A DNA stretch of 62,456 nt, filler included, from Kipferlia bialata (taxonomy: Eukaryota), in assembly GCA_003568945.1 (NCBI GenBank). It is 4 parts of 3 records of this genome, joined end to end, with 100 filler letters (N's around TTAATTAATTAA, not from the genome) between each part and the next. Parts side by side here need not be neighbours in the genome. Positions count along the whole stretch, not along the records: positions 1 to 21,381 come from BDIP01000082.1; 3 more parts are not named here. One strand, 5' to 3'. Below the pieces are notes generated by a model, which did no database searches, was not told where the DNA came from, and worked only from the letters and a program-made list of their open reading frames with translations. The position numbers and the translations under genes are program-made. Numbering within the stretch: the first letter of the stretch is position 1; each line of letters starts with the position of its first letter. This document shows positions 1-12,440 of the stretch, piece by piece.

Positions 1-96
1 TGCACAGAGGGGTTAAAACACCCCCCCCCCCCCCCCCCATATCTGACCCATGCCTCATGGCGTCTTGTCACTGGGGTTGCCAATGCCATTCCCCAC

Positions 97-1264
97 ATGC
101 GTCAGGGCATCACCATGCCGGCAGTGCCTAGCGATGCATTCCCAGAGCAGACAGAGGGGTCTCATGCGACTATGTCTCATGATGGTGCAGGTTCCAAGGG
201 TGCTGCCGAGAGTCCCGCGAGTGTAAGGCTTGGTGAGCTCAACTGTCTCTTCCGAGACCTGGACAGGTGTGCGGCCATCTCAGCCCCTCTCAGCGACATC
301 AGCATGGCACCAGAGGTACGGGGACCGGGGATGCTGTACCGGTTGGCTGGCTCACAGTACACACACACACATATTTGTATATACCCCACTCCTATGACCC
401 TTCTAGCCCACTCCCCTGTCCCCACCCCAACTATCAGGCTGTGCACCAGGCGCTGTCCAGAGGGTATGTGGCTGAGTCGAAGCAGGCGTGGCTGGAGATA
501 TCAGCTGCGGTGGACGCGGTGCGCAAACAGGTGAGACTGATACTGATTCTATTACTATGTGTGTCCTGAATTTCCTCTACTTGTCCCAGCACCCTACATC
601 ATTCACCCTTCCCCTCCACTGATGTCACCCCTGGGTTATTCTCTTATGTCTTATGCCCAGCACCCGTGGGCCCTGTCTCCCGTACATGACACTCTGGCCA
701 GGCTGGGCATGGGGATAGCCAGACAGCTGATAGTCAGGTTCAGAACAGCCCTGCAGGAGTGTCTAGAATATGATACTGACACTGATGGGTTGGAGGGAGG
801 GGGAGAGGGGGGGTCAGCCCCTGTCTCTGCCCTTCAGACTCTGCTGGCCACTCTAGACAGTGACCTGGACACATGCCTCCCAGAGGTAGTGGCTGTATAT
901 TGATCATGCATAGCGTGTGTATCTTGCCACAACCATGATATATTCATACACTCAATTCATCCATGTACTTCTCTATTTATATATACCTACCGACAATCAT
1001 ATTGGCCTACTTATATGCTATTCATAGATACATATTAATATACACATATCTCATAGCCAGGTCCGGCCCCATGAGAGGACGGCCCTTGTTCTGTCTGCCT
1101 GTGCTGGTGTATACCCCAAGGGCACTGGGGGAAAGGGCAGGGTGCCTGTGTACATGTCTAGGGGTGTCTGTAGTAGGGTGCTCTCTGCCGCACATGCCGT
1201 CTACAGTGCCGACCCGTCTCAGTCTGTGGTAGTTGGACACACGGCCAGACACAACCGACTCTAG
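97..1264 (+). CDS. 3' part of a multi-exon hypothetical protein (5' end uncertain or outside window)
   Basis: Phase-consistent GT-AG exons at ~97-315, 438-530, 661-885 and 1061-1264, ending in TAG at 1262-1264. No recognisable motif. Confidence 0.6.
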
Positions 1265-1939
1265 GTGCATACACACCCCATGGCCTACTCTGGTTAGACA
1301 AGGGCCTGACTATGGGGTCCCATTGGGGATCATGCTCGACGTTGAGGGTAGAGGGCAGAGAATAGTGTTCCTCTGGTGCGTTAAAAGCAGTATTCTCCCT
1401 TCCATGCCCCTCCTGGGTACAGTCACGAGGTAGTTCTCGTCTTCTATGTCAGGAACCCCATCATATGTAAAGGCGGCACAAGACACGAAGATACCGATGG
1501 CCTTCTCCTGCCGCGTAGCCCTATGTAGAGGCACTACGTCACTTTGCATGGGGGTGCCAGACACATCTGAAGGAGACGTCGGTAGTCGTGAACACCCGAG
1601 TGTCATGGATATGAAGGCGCCATGGTGCTCCACAATCCTCTGTTTTGGACAGCGACTGGTCTTCTCCATGTGGTATATACTGATGATTCATACTCGTATG
1701 CGCCAGGCTCTGATCATGCGAGTCGTAGGCACTGTGGAGTGTTGAGTCGGTGAGTGTCACAGGTGCACGAGGGGACACATTGTGTGTTGGTGTGAAGACC
1801 ATTGGCTGCTAGAGGATATGCGTTCTCTGTCAGAGTGACACATTGACACCAACGAGTGTATTGACGGAGTCTGATGGTGCTCACATAGAATATACCATTT
1901 GGATGTGTGGTTGGGTGAGCCTGTCCATCTATTTCACCG

Positions 1940-3520
1940 TCATGTACTCTGTGTCTCTTGGATTATGTCCCTTACAAAGGCTCCAAAGTGGGTGATGTTG
2001 AACACACGTGCAAGTCTCAGCAGCTCTCTCAACAGAGGAAGGAGGCAAGTACGCTTCAGTGCAAGGTGTGCATCGTACGCGCCGTCAGGCCAGGCGTCCC
2101 CCGGCAGGCCGCAGGCTGCAGTCTCTATACGGTTAAACAGCTGGAGTTCTCGTCTTCTTCTGGGTAAGGGTAGTCAATGCAGGTGTATTGATAAAGTCAG
2201 ATATCAGTATCAGTACTGACCTTCTTTTAGCTGACTCTGATGCACAGCTGAGACACGAAACAACAGCGATACCCTTCAGTAGGAGTTCCTGAAGGGTACC
2301 AAACACCGAGTGTGTCACTGCCAGCACACTTGGCATCACATCCTCCATCTGTATCAGTATCAGATGGATATATGATACTGATGATATGATACTGATACTG
2401 ATACACTTGGCATCACATCCTCCATCTGTGGATGAGGGTGTGGTAATCAAAGGTAATCAAACACGGGTGCCAATGCTGCATAGGAAGAAGTGAGAAAATC
2501 ATTCATTGCTGGTAGCCTACCAGAGGTAGGGCACCCACCTCTGGACGTCGGCACTGCACGGTCTGCCCCCTCTCCTCAGGCGACAGGCGCAGCATCCAGA
2601 GGGAGAAGGCCTGAGAAGGTCAGGTGGAGAAATGGGACTACAAACACAATACGTGACTCGGTTACCAACCTTGATGTCAATTGCGATGGACAGGACCTGT
2701 TGTTCGGATGTGGCTACCATGATGTCGGTCATGAGCTCCTTGAACCCCAGGGGCAGATAGTTGAGTATTCCAGACTGCTTTGCAGCCACATGAGAGACTC
2801 TAGAAGTGAGACAGAGCAACCAGGCATACACTTATCATGGCTCATACTGTGTGAAGAGTCGTCACTGACGATGGATGGAGGATCATGAGATGTGCCGTCA
2901 GGTGTCTACTCACCCTACGCTATGCATTCTGTCCGAGCAGCCACGGTGCAAACATCCCGTGACATGCTGTCTGTCGCACCCACATGTCTTCCCAGATGCC
3001 AAGCAGTCATACCCATGGCCTATGGCCGCCCCATGCAGGGCCAGAGTATGGGTGAGGTGGGGTATGTGGACTTGTCGGAAGTGAATGCACTATATTACTG
3101 TTGCTGGTGTAGGCAATGACCCATGTCAGTGATACCCATACCAGCAGAGCGGGTATGTACTTAGTGCCCCCAGGACTGGCCCTGACGCTGTGCACTAGGT
3201 GGTGCACTAGGTGCAGGGAGGTCAAGGCGTGGGACCTGTTGTGACCCGGGGCAAGACTATGGAACCCAGTGTCGGCTGTGATGACATAAGCTGCCGCAAC
3301 CTCCTCAGGGACACCTGAGGTTCAGTAATGATAGTCGTAGCACATACTGATACTGATACCATGCAGTGCCCATACCGCTATGTAAGCAGTCTCTGAAGAG
3401 CCATACCCGTAAGCATCAGCTCGTCTGTGATGAACATGTGCATGATGGCCATAGACAGGGCCCTCTTGGGTAGGAGGCACTCCAGCGTAGTGGTGTCAAA
3501 CCTCCGATCACAGCAAAACT
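1940..3520 (-). pseudogene. Degenerate cyclic-nucleotide phosphodiesterase-like gene or pseudogene
   Basis: Spliced translation gives PDE-like motifs in the right order but altered: GHNRSHA (3226-3243, cf. YHNxxHA), LALHGAAIGHGYD (3006-3042, cf. AALCHDxDH) and DIMVATSE (2700-2727, cf. ILATD). Some segments need stops or frameshifts to connect. Last exon ends in TGA at 1940-1942. Confidence 0.4.
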
Positions 3521-3669
3521 GATCTAATGCACGTCTACCGATAAGAAGTCAAAGTGCCCTTATATCTTGAAGCCTCAGTCAAAGACTTTGACTCAAAGTC
3601 AGCCATTAATAATTACACTTATATACACTATATTCGGATACATGTGTGCCATGTACCGCATACAACTAC

Positions 3670-6600
3670 CTACCTAACTCGGTCATTCTGTAGGCATGCT
3701 TGGTAGTGGTACTTCAAGTTGGATATTTGAGACGCCCTAGCCGCAGCCATTGGTTTTCTGAACAACCGGAGGGGTAGGTGAGGCATCAGGCTCTCCTTCA
3801 TACTAGTACGGACCCTGGACTCTAATAGCGGACTGACCGTAGTACTAGTCCTTGTTTCTCTGTCCAATCCTCTCATCAGAGTGAGATGAGCCCTGGTGGT
3901 GAGGGATATCTGATGACCGACGAGGAAAGAGAGTCACGATAACTAAAACTATGAGTGACTCATAGTTTGAGTCTGTCAAGTTCGGAAGTACATACCAACC
4001 ATACGTCGAACCTGTGCCAATAGATAGTTGTGGTCCCAGGTATGAGAAGCGGTGACCCCTTCTTGTCTCGTGTGTCAACATACTGAACAAAGCTCCAGGG
4101 TCCAACAAACTGAGTCAATCATCAATATACAATGCAAGTATCTCTAGAGTCATTAGTAGAGTAGAGGTCCTATATCCATCTCAGGCAGGACATACAGTTA
4201 TAGATGACAGTACCTGGGTTCCATTGAAACGCGTAAACCTCATGCGACCCACCGCGTACTGGAAGTCTGGATGGTCCTTCTGGGGCAGGTTCTCGAGGGT
4301 GACTAGGGTGTGACTACGGGTGTCGGACAGCTGCGTTAGTACTCAGTAAGCCTGGTGACTCATATATGTATATGTGTAGGTATATATATGTGTAATCTCG
4401 CAGGTACTCATTTCAGGGTTCCTCTTCCGTGTCTCACCATTGTGTCCAGGTGGTCCTTCCAGGCAGAGAGAGGCTGGGTGAGCATAGGTGTAACGACACA
4501 GACATTACCATCAAGGTGAGGATATTCATATTCATACATTTGGGAGACTGTTCTGATATCTCACCCGACGCCGCAGACAGAACAATCTGAACCAAGCGTC
4601 TGTTACGTAGAGCACAACTGGTTGAGGAAGATTAGTGTACGGTGTCTGGGTGTCAGCGGTAGGACGTCATAATATTCGGTAAACCTAAATAGCAGTGAAC
4701 TGGAATACGTCTCCATATGCGTATACCTCAAAACACCTCGCTAGCGCACTCATTGGGGGAACTGCCACCGGTGGCCACATCAGCCTGTTGGTGTACGGGG
4801 GTGGAGGGGGGACTGGTTGGGGGACCAGGTCGACTGGTACTGTCCGAGTCGACATTGGGACGGGAATGAGTGTATGCCCGGCTTCAATGTCGGCTGTTCC
4901 TGGAAACACCCTAGGTACATGGGACAGAACACTCCCAGCCACAGTGTGGAACTGACACAGTCGACTCGGGCCGTATGCTTCAGGTACTGCTTGGGCAAGG
5001 TCTTCCAGAAGATCCCGTAATGTATCGGATGTCTTATATACCCCTATCCCACTGTGCAGGTGTATACTGGATGGTGGCTTTGATATGTGCTCGGTAATCG
5101 GAGCAACAAGTGGAGGTTGCCCAATAATCCACTTCCTGGTGGTGAGCGAATGGGGTTGGTAACAGTGTAGCATGACAATTCTTTGATTCATGTGGGCATA
5201 ATCATATACTGACTCGACTGTCCGTGCCTGAGTTCTGTCAGTATAGGCGGTGGCAGAACAAAATGTGCGACACAGGGTTGTAAGCAGTGTGGTACTTGAG
5301 GGAAGAGTTGGTAAAGGAGGAAGGCCAGTGGGGTAATCGCAGGTGGCTTTTCTCTTTCCACCATTCCGACCTTACGGCTCCCAGTTAAATGGGGAACGTC
5401 GTTGGATCGACAGTGAGGAGACTCCGAGTACAACAGGTTCATTAGCTGTGATTGAGTAAGAGGTATTGATTCCCACTCTATATACATTAGTATACGTCAT
5501 CCCCTGATACAGTGGACTGATACCTTGTGTGCTGGTATGTCGACTGTCCCACTAGAGACACCAACTATCCACCGCAAGTACTGCACCTCTAGTGTCTGTG
5601 GTCTTGTGAATGATGGACACGTCTGCAGGTTAGAATGAGGTAACACTCACCCGTGCTGTTGTTGATATGGCCCATATCATGTGGGACTGGTAGAAGTCTA
5701 CTGGTTACCAACTGGTAACCGAAGATCTTGATTGATGTAATGAAATACATTACTGTTTATAAGTTCCACTTACCTCGCTTCTCACTCTGTTCCAAGTGGA
5801 TTGATCACTCAGTAGGGCCATGGAAATATGGGCAAGTGGGTTTGGGAAGCACCGCAAAGAAACAAAGGCTGTGAAGAACAAAGAGTGTACAGGAAGCAGC
5901 CACTTCCACGATAGCAGTACATGCTCTGGTAGACACAGGGTAGCCCCTGCTGTACAGCTGGCTTGGAGGGCCATACTCATGAATACCTGTATAGATTAGA
6001 TATTCAATGAGCTGACTGTACTCATAGTCCAATATGGCGTGTAGTGAATTATGTTCAATTGTGCACTGCAGTTACATGTTTAGTATGACATAGCTCTGCC
6101 TCCACACCTGCACTGACGGCCGACTTGTCCTGGTGACCTCACATGACACTGACAGTGGCTGCACACTGACGTATGTGGCGTTGAGGGCCACAATTCCGGC
6201 TGAACCCACCTGCAACACCAGCCCTACACCACCTAGGAGACATCCAACACCTCTTGGCTCAGCAATTCGCTCCAGTGTGCTGCCAGCCACCACCATACAC
6301 ACAGCGGCCATTGACAGTAGGTGGGGCCGGGGTCCCACACGGAGAGGGGGACCCGTCCCTGAGGCAGGCAGTTGCAGACCTGCCCTCTCTACATACTTGG
6401 CATAGTCACAGAGGAGCAGCGAGGGAACCAAGTACAGGACAAGGAAGAGTAGAGTGATACCATCCCCTGTAAGGACCTTGAGTGATGCGAGTCCAGCGGC
6501 CTCAAGGCAGACGAGACTCAAACCAACGGCGGAGCAGAGAAGCAGGAGCGCCATCAACCAGTACCTGTAAGTGAGTCAATGTGATGACTCTCACAATATA

Positions 6601-6800
6601 TATAGTCTCATAAAGGCGTACATTACTAGGCGAGACTTTGAAATTCAAAGTTTGAATAGAGGAAACCTTACTTTAGTTGCATCTCGTCAATACCCTGATG
6701 TCCTTGAGGGTTATTAGTACAGATGGCTAACAACTGTTGAACGGTCGCTAAACAGCTGGTCAGTGAGATTCTGACTGAGAAGAATGGCTCCCAGGGTATC
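3670..6800 (-). pseudogene. Disrupted multi-exon membrane-protein gene
   Basis: Hydrophobic exons (6072-6566, 5770-5987) with canonical splice sites, including a 28-nt intron at 5623-5650. Downstream segments contain in-frame stops (e.g. TGA at ~4115) and a frameshift near 3925. Confidence 0.4.
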
Positions 6801-7558
6801 TAGTGTGAAACCATCACATGGTAATTGAGGACTGGTAGATGGCTTCCTCATGTACTCTCTACAGGAACATACTTAGCAATATATTCTCAATGTATACAGT
6901 GAACTACAAATATACAGGGTGTAGGGACTATTTGAGAAATTGAGAGCACATGCCCTACAAGATACATTGTGGCAAGGCCAGAGCACTTGTCTATTAGTAG
7001 TCTTGAAGGACTCACTACAGCGGTTGTATGACAGACCCTTAACACTGGCAGATGGGAAACCATATGTACCAGATATATATACCAGATATATACCATACGT
7101 ACTGGACCCTGACGGAGTCACCACGACGCGAGGTCACTCTTATCTCCGACTGTTCGACTCCTACCGAGGACTGACACAGACTCTGACACTGGTCAGAGGG
7201 TGCCTAACGCCAAGGGCTCTGACACGAGGCTACCACACAGTCCCACAGTCCCACAGTCCCACATATTATACCAACAAGCAGGGATCGCTCTAAAACACGT
7301 AAGTGGAGGGGAAGCTGGGTTGTCGCGTTCGCAATGCTGTACGTGAAACCGGTTTCCATTCCAGTACTCACAGTTAATGAGACTTGCAGCGTGTCCGTTA
7401 GCTCCCCACATATTCAGGCCACAGGCAAGTGACACACTATACAGAGGAGTGGAGCAGTGACGGACTAGTATTGTGGGTGGCAGGTGTGGGTTCATCGAAC
7501 CTGTTCAAACCCCACTAATATCATAGTACACCTATGGGTATATGACACCCTACATGCC

Positions 7559-10500
7559 CTAGATCCCCATGCCGTGTAAGGACCAGTCGTACATATCCCG
7601 TCTCGAGCGTGACTTGCCACCAGTGGACCCCTCCCTCGCTACCTCTGGCCTAGTAGTAGTAGTAGTAGTAGACACAGCCCTAGCACTCGCACTGCTACCC
7701 CTAGAAGGGCCCCGAGAGAGGGGGGGTCTCTTAGCCGACATGCCAGACCCCACTCTGTCCCCCTCCCTGTCTCTGTCCGGCCTGCCCACCCCCACTAGAG
7801 ACACAGACCCCCCGGCAGACACCGCTACAGACACGTCATCCACAGAGGGAGGGGCATGTGCAGAGGGAGGGGCATGTGCAGCTGCACCTACCTTCACCTT
7901 CTCTCTGCTGTCCTGGTGCTTCTTGTGCCTAGCAGCAGCAGGTGGCAGATGGGTAGAGAGGGTGGAAGAGAGGGGAACTGGGACAGACGGCACTGCTCCG
8001 GTGGGGACGTTGGCTATACGCTGTCTGCTTCCCTCCCGGGAGAGGCCCCTGCCCCTCCCGTCTCTCTCTCTCTCTCCATCTCTGGAGGGACCCCTCGAAG
8101 ACAGACCCCCCGACCTCGGCCTCCCCTCCCTCTGGGCCGGCTCAGACACTGCGGTCTCACACACAGGGAGAGACAGAGGGCCGTAGAGATCCCGACGCAC
8201 ACGCTGTCTCTCCGACTCTCTCTGCTTCGTGTCGTGCTCTATTATCTCTACACCCCCAGGCCTGGCTGTGTCTGTGGCACCAGAGGAGGGGCGGCCAACA
8301 GACCTCTCCCGCTGTGGTTGTCTGTCCCCCGGTCTGTTTGCCTGACGAGACACCCTGTCTGAGCCAGCCTCTCTCTGGGTAGGGCGGGTGGCACCATCTA
8401 GAGCCTTCTCCCGGACAGATGTAGCTGCAGAGGCCCTCTTCGATGCTCCACTCTTCTGGCCCATACTGGTATTAGAATTAGGATGAGGGGGATGTAGGGC
8501 ATAACTGAGGACAAATACAATACTTGGACAGCCACCAGTACATCTAGGCACCCCCCACTCACCTGAGAGATGCCTGTCTGATGCTGCCCAGCCTTGAGGG
8601 TCTAGGGGCTGTGCCCAGGGGCTGTCTACTCTTCCTGTCGGAGGCTTGCTTTGCAACAGCAGCTCTCTGCTGCTCCCACTGAGCAGTAGCCTCCGTATCT
8701 GTGTCAATGCCAGTGGCTGGACCCTTGACCCTGTCTCCCTCTCCCTCTCCCTCGGCCTCCGTCTCGAGCAGGGCCTCCTCAGCCACAGCCACCATATCAT
8801 GGTCAACAGCACTATCAACAGCAGCTTGGGCCAGGGGCCTGAGGGTGAGAGCAGACGGTAACCCGCGAGTGAGAAGTAGTGACCGACACCCAGACCACAG
8901 ACACCAGAGCCACTGCCCCCTGACCTTGTGTGCTGCAGCACTGCCTCCAGCTTCTGCTTGAGAAGGGGGTCTGTCTCAGACACTGCCACATGGAGTCTAG
9001 ACCGCACAGTGGCCAGGCCATCGTCCCTAGGGGTGAGGGGGATATAGGAGACGGGTACACTGAATACCGACATATTGTCTTGAATGGACGCCATCCGTCT
9101 TGTTCCACAGCGTAGTATGTCTACCTGAATCCGTCGCCCTCTCCAAACTGAAACTGGCCCAGGGGGCTACCCAGGGCCTCCTCCTCCTCCAGCTCTGGAG
9201 GGTGAGGGGGAGACGTAGTAGGTGTATGCACTATATAGAGGAACGGGGCATGTGCACTAAGAGACCACGCCCGTACCCAGTGAGTGTGACACGAGGGGTG
9301 CGTTGATCACGTTGGTCTCTGCGTCTCTGATGAGGCTCTTGAGCACAAGGGGGTCGCAGGGGGGGACACCGCGAATGATGTCCTAGAAGGTGAGGCAGAG
9401 TTGAGTAGCTATGGCAGCGAATGTAATGTGAGGTACCTGATACAGGCCCATTATGATTGTATACTAAGTATAGTAATACTCACAGTTCGAAAAGTATGGA
9501 CATCAGGCGTAGTGCGTACTGCACCCACCTGTCTATACATCTCTATATCTCCATATCTCCCTATCTCCATATCTCCACATCTCCATATCTACCCACCTGT
9601 CTGAGTTCACTGAGACACTGGTCCACCGCCTGTATCCGCCGGTGCATGGCGTGCTCGGCGGCAACTATCCTTGGGGGTAGTCACATATATATAGTCACAC
9701 ACACACATATATATATAACACATATATATATATATATATACAAGAGGCTCAACAAACACACACACACATATATACCTGAGGGTATCGTTAGCCCTGGTCA
9801 CGGGAGGGGGGCGCCTGCCTGCCACAGAAGTGAACACGTCCTGAGGGGTGAGGACACATGGAACCATACACCCACAAGACTCTCTATGCATACACCCGCA
9901 CCTGGAGTCCGTGTGTGTAGAGGGTGGGAGGGGGGAGGGACACGACGGCACTGATGGCAGACTCTGTGTAGGAGGGCGTGGAGTACAGGGAGGCAGACAG
10001 AGACTCCCCCCTCACAGAGTGCTCTCTGGCCTCACCACCCCCAGGGCCCTGTGCAGTGTATGTGCTGTTGGCAGCCCTGGGCGTCAGAGGTCACATATAC
10101 ACTAGAAGTGTTGAGAGTATGATGACACGTGTACGCGTCAGTATATCTAACAACACCCTGCACCTGTCTGCCTGGCTGGTGCGGCACATCCTGTCCATCT
10201 CATCAGCCGGGACCAACTCGGCAAGGGCAGTCTAGCATCAGATAACAGGTCGGACAGAAGGGGAGGGGGGGGGGGGATAATAATCAAACGATATTCCATA
10301 GAGTTACGCGGAAAAAGTGGTAGTGTTAGAGTCTATCATAATTGTGATTTAACTCGACTGCTCAGAGAGATGAATATTTGGAGAGTCCTGCATACACCCC
10401 AGTACCTCGATGGCCGTGAGTCGGGAGAACACAGCCGGGTCCGGCAGATACCCCCCGCCCATCCTGGACAGCAGAGACTCGGGGTACAGGAGGGCAGGGT

Positions 10501-11362
10501 CGACCTCCAGCTCGGCCAATCTGGGGGTAGGGGGGCAGGGCAGATATACAGATATGATGAGGCATGCACTGCTATATATATAGGGTCACAGGAACAAAAC
10601 TGAGTGAGCATGTATATAGTAACTGCCACCGCACCTCTCTTCCACTGAGGGTGCCAGTTGACTGCCAATGTTTAGGATCTCGTTGAGCTCAGCCTCCGTG
10701 GGAACCTCCACCTCCACAGACACCCCCCCCTCTCCATCACCAGAGGCAGAGGGGTCTGGCCTGTCTCCTGTCTCAGGGACATCGGCAGTGTCAATGGAGT
10801 CATCGTCCCGTGCCTCACCGACACGAGGTCCCTCCTGATCCACGGCTTCTGGTGCCTGTGCCTGACTTGATGCTTCACCTCCCATCCCAGCACCCGCCTC
10901 TGACCCGGGGTCTGCGTATGTGTCCCCCTCTCCCTCCCCCTCCCGATGCACAGCCACTGCCTCGACCACCGCCTGGCACATGCCGATGCACCCATCCACA
11001 GTCTCAGTGTGCTGCAGCAGGGTCTCCACGTCGTTGAAGTCGTACCAGATGCTCTCTGTGGCGTATGGTTCAGCCTGGTCCTCATCCTCTACCTCAGGGA
11101 TGGCTGCAATCAGGGACTCCCCCTCACACTCAGAGTCTGAGTCAGACACAGTCTGTGCCCTCTCGCCCTCCCCTGCGGATGTATCCCCCTCAGCCACATC
11201 ACTACAACCCTCTGACGTAGCAATACCCCCACTGGGGGGTCTATGTGTATCAGTATCTGCATCAATATCTTCGGGTGGTGGGCTGAACTCCATGGGCACA
11301 CCGGTCAGGAATGCGGCATCGCTGAAGTCAGCGCCATCGCCCTGCTCGGACGCGTCACCCAT
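7559..11362 (-). CDS. Large low-complexity hypothetical protein (acidic N-terminus, R/S/G-rich C-terminus), ~11 exons
   Basis: ATG at 11362 (MGDASEQ...). Exons join in phase (e.g. EER|LAELEVDP, AIE|TALAELV, SLS|MGQKSG) to TAG at 7559. Confidence 0.7.
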
Positions 11363-11801
11363 ATTCACTCTTCCTCTATCGGTAACACTTCCAGACCTCT
11401 GGGTGACTTGGCTACCCTGCACAAGCGAGCTATATAAATAGCACTGAAAAGAAAATCTGAGTGGCTTGGTTTGCAAAAACAGTCAAAGTTGACTAAGCCT
11501 CAACCCTCATTTTTGATTTTGACAACGGCCTGGCAGTACGGCCAACTTGGCCAGGCCGACAGTCTTCTTTCAGGTGCTGACGGATGACAGAGGAGGCCCC
11601 CCAACTCTCTGTATTTGGTATCCTGAGAGAGGCTCTGGCCGACCACAAGGTATGGCGAAATTTGATACTCTACAATGTAGAGTGGCAGAGTTTAGACTGC
11701 AGTTAGTGATCAGTGCCCACACATTGAGTAGATGATACCACACATGGTTCTCCCCCCCCCCCCCCCCCCCCCCCCCCCTCCCTTTACCCCCCACCCCCCC
11801 C

Positions 11802-11834
<33 letters not shown>

Positions 11835-12440
11835 CTCTCTCTCTCTCTCTCTCTTTTTCCGTCCTGCCCCCCCTCCCCCCTCCCCTCCCCTTCACGTCCC
11901 GTAGTGCCTGTGTCTAATCACTCTAGTTGTCAGTCTAGTGGTAGCCTCTGCCGTGTGTGAAGAGACCTCCTGTCTAAGGCTGGCCCTGATTTCTGATACC
12001 GACGCTGTCACCATACTAGGGGTCCCTCTGGTCACCCCGACTGCACTAGCAGGTCCTGTCCAGCATATATCCATGCCACCTATTGTCTCGCGGGCCCCAT
12101 ACAGACCCTGCATGTCAGCAGCCTTTGACCCAGACAACAGGTGGGGGCATACTTGCCAATGGTATTGTGCACTCGCTCACTGTATATAATAACCGCTAAC
12201 AAATCATTAGAGGTCACATGCAGAGCAAATGTTCTGTTATCCATGGTGTACTGTTAGAGTGCTGCTCTCTCATAATACTCTCAGATAGTGTCTTATATCA
12301 GTGAGTGTCTTGTCGTCTCTGATGGGGAAACCCTGGTATGTGTCAATTCTGGCAGTGGCGAGACAACACACACCTTTAAGCACGGGAGGGAAGAGGTGAG
12401 TGCATGTCTGTACATAATTATATGTCTGTGTATATACTAG

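Noticed and set aside
1270..1860. Minus-strand ORFs of 87-119 aa
   Set aside because: No motif or consistent splice structure could be supported.
6873..7124. RING-like VLWPCHNVSCRACA
   Set aside because: The ligand set is incomplete and no convincing exon structure links it to a gene.
7559..9094. 511-aa single-exon ORF
   Set aside because: It reads through introns (donors at ~8925 and ~8561) and off-frame exon sequence. Only parts belong to the spliced 7559-11362 gene.
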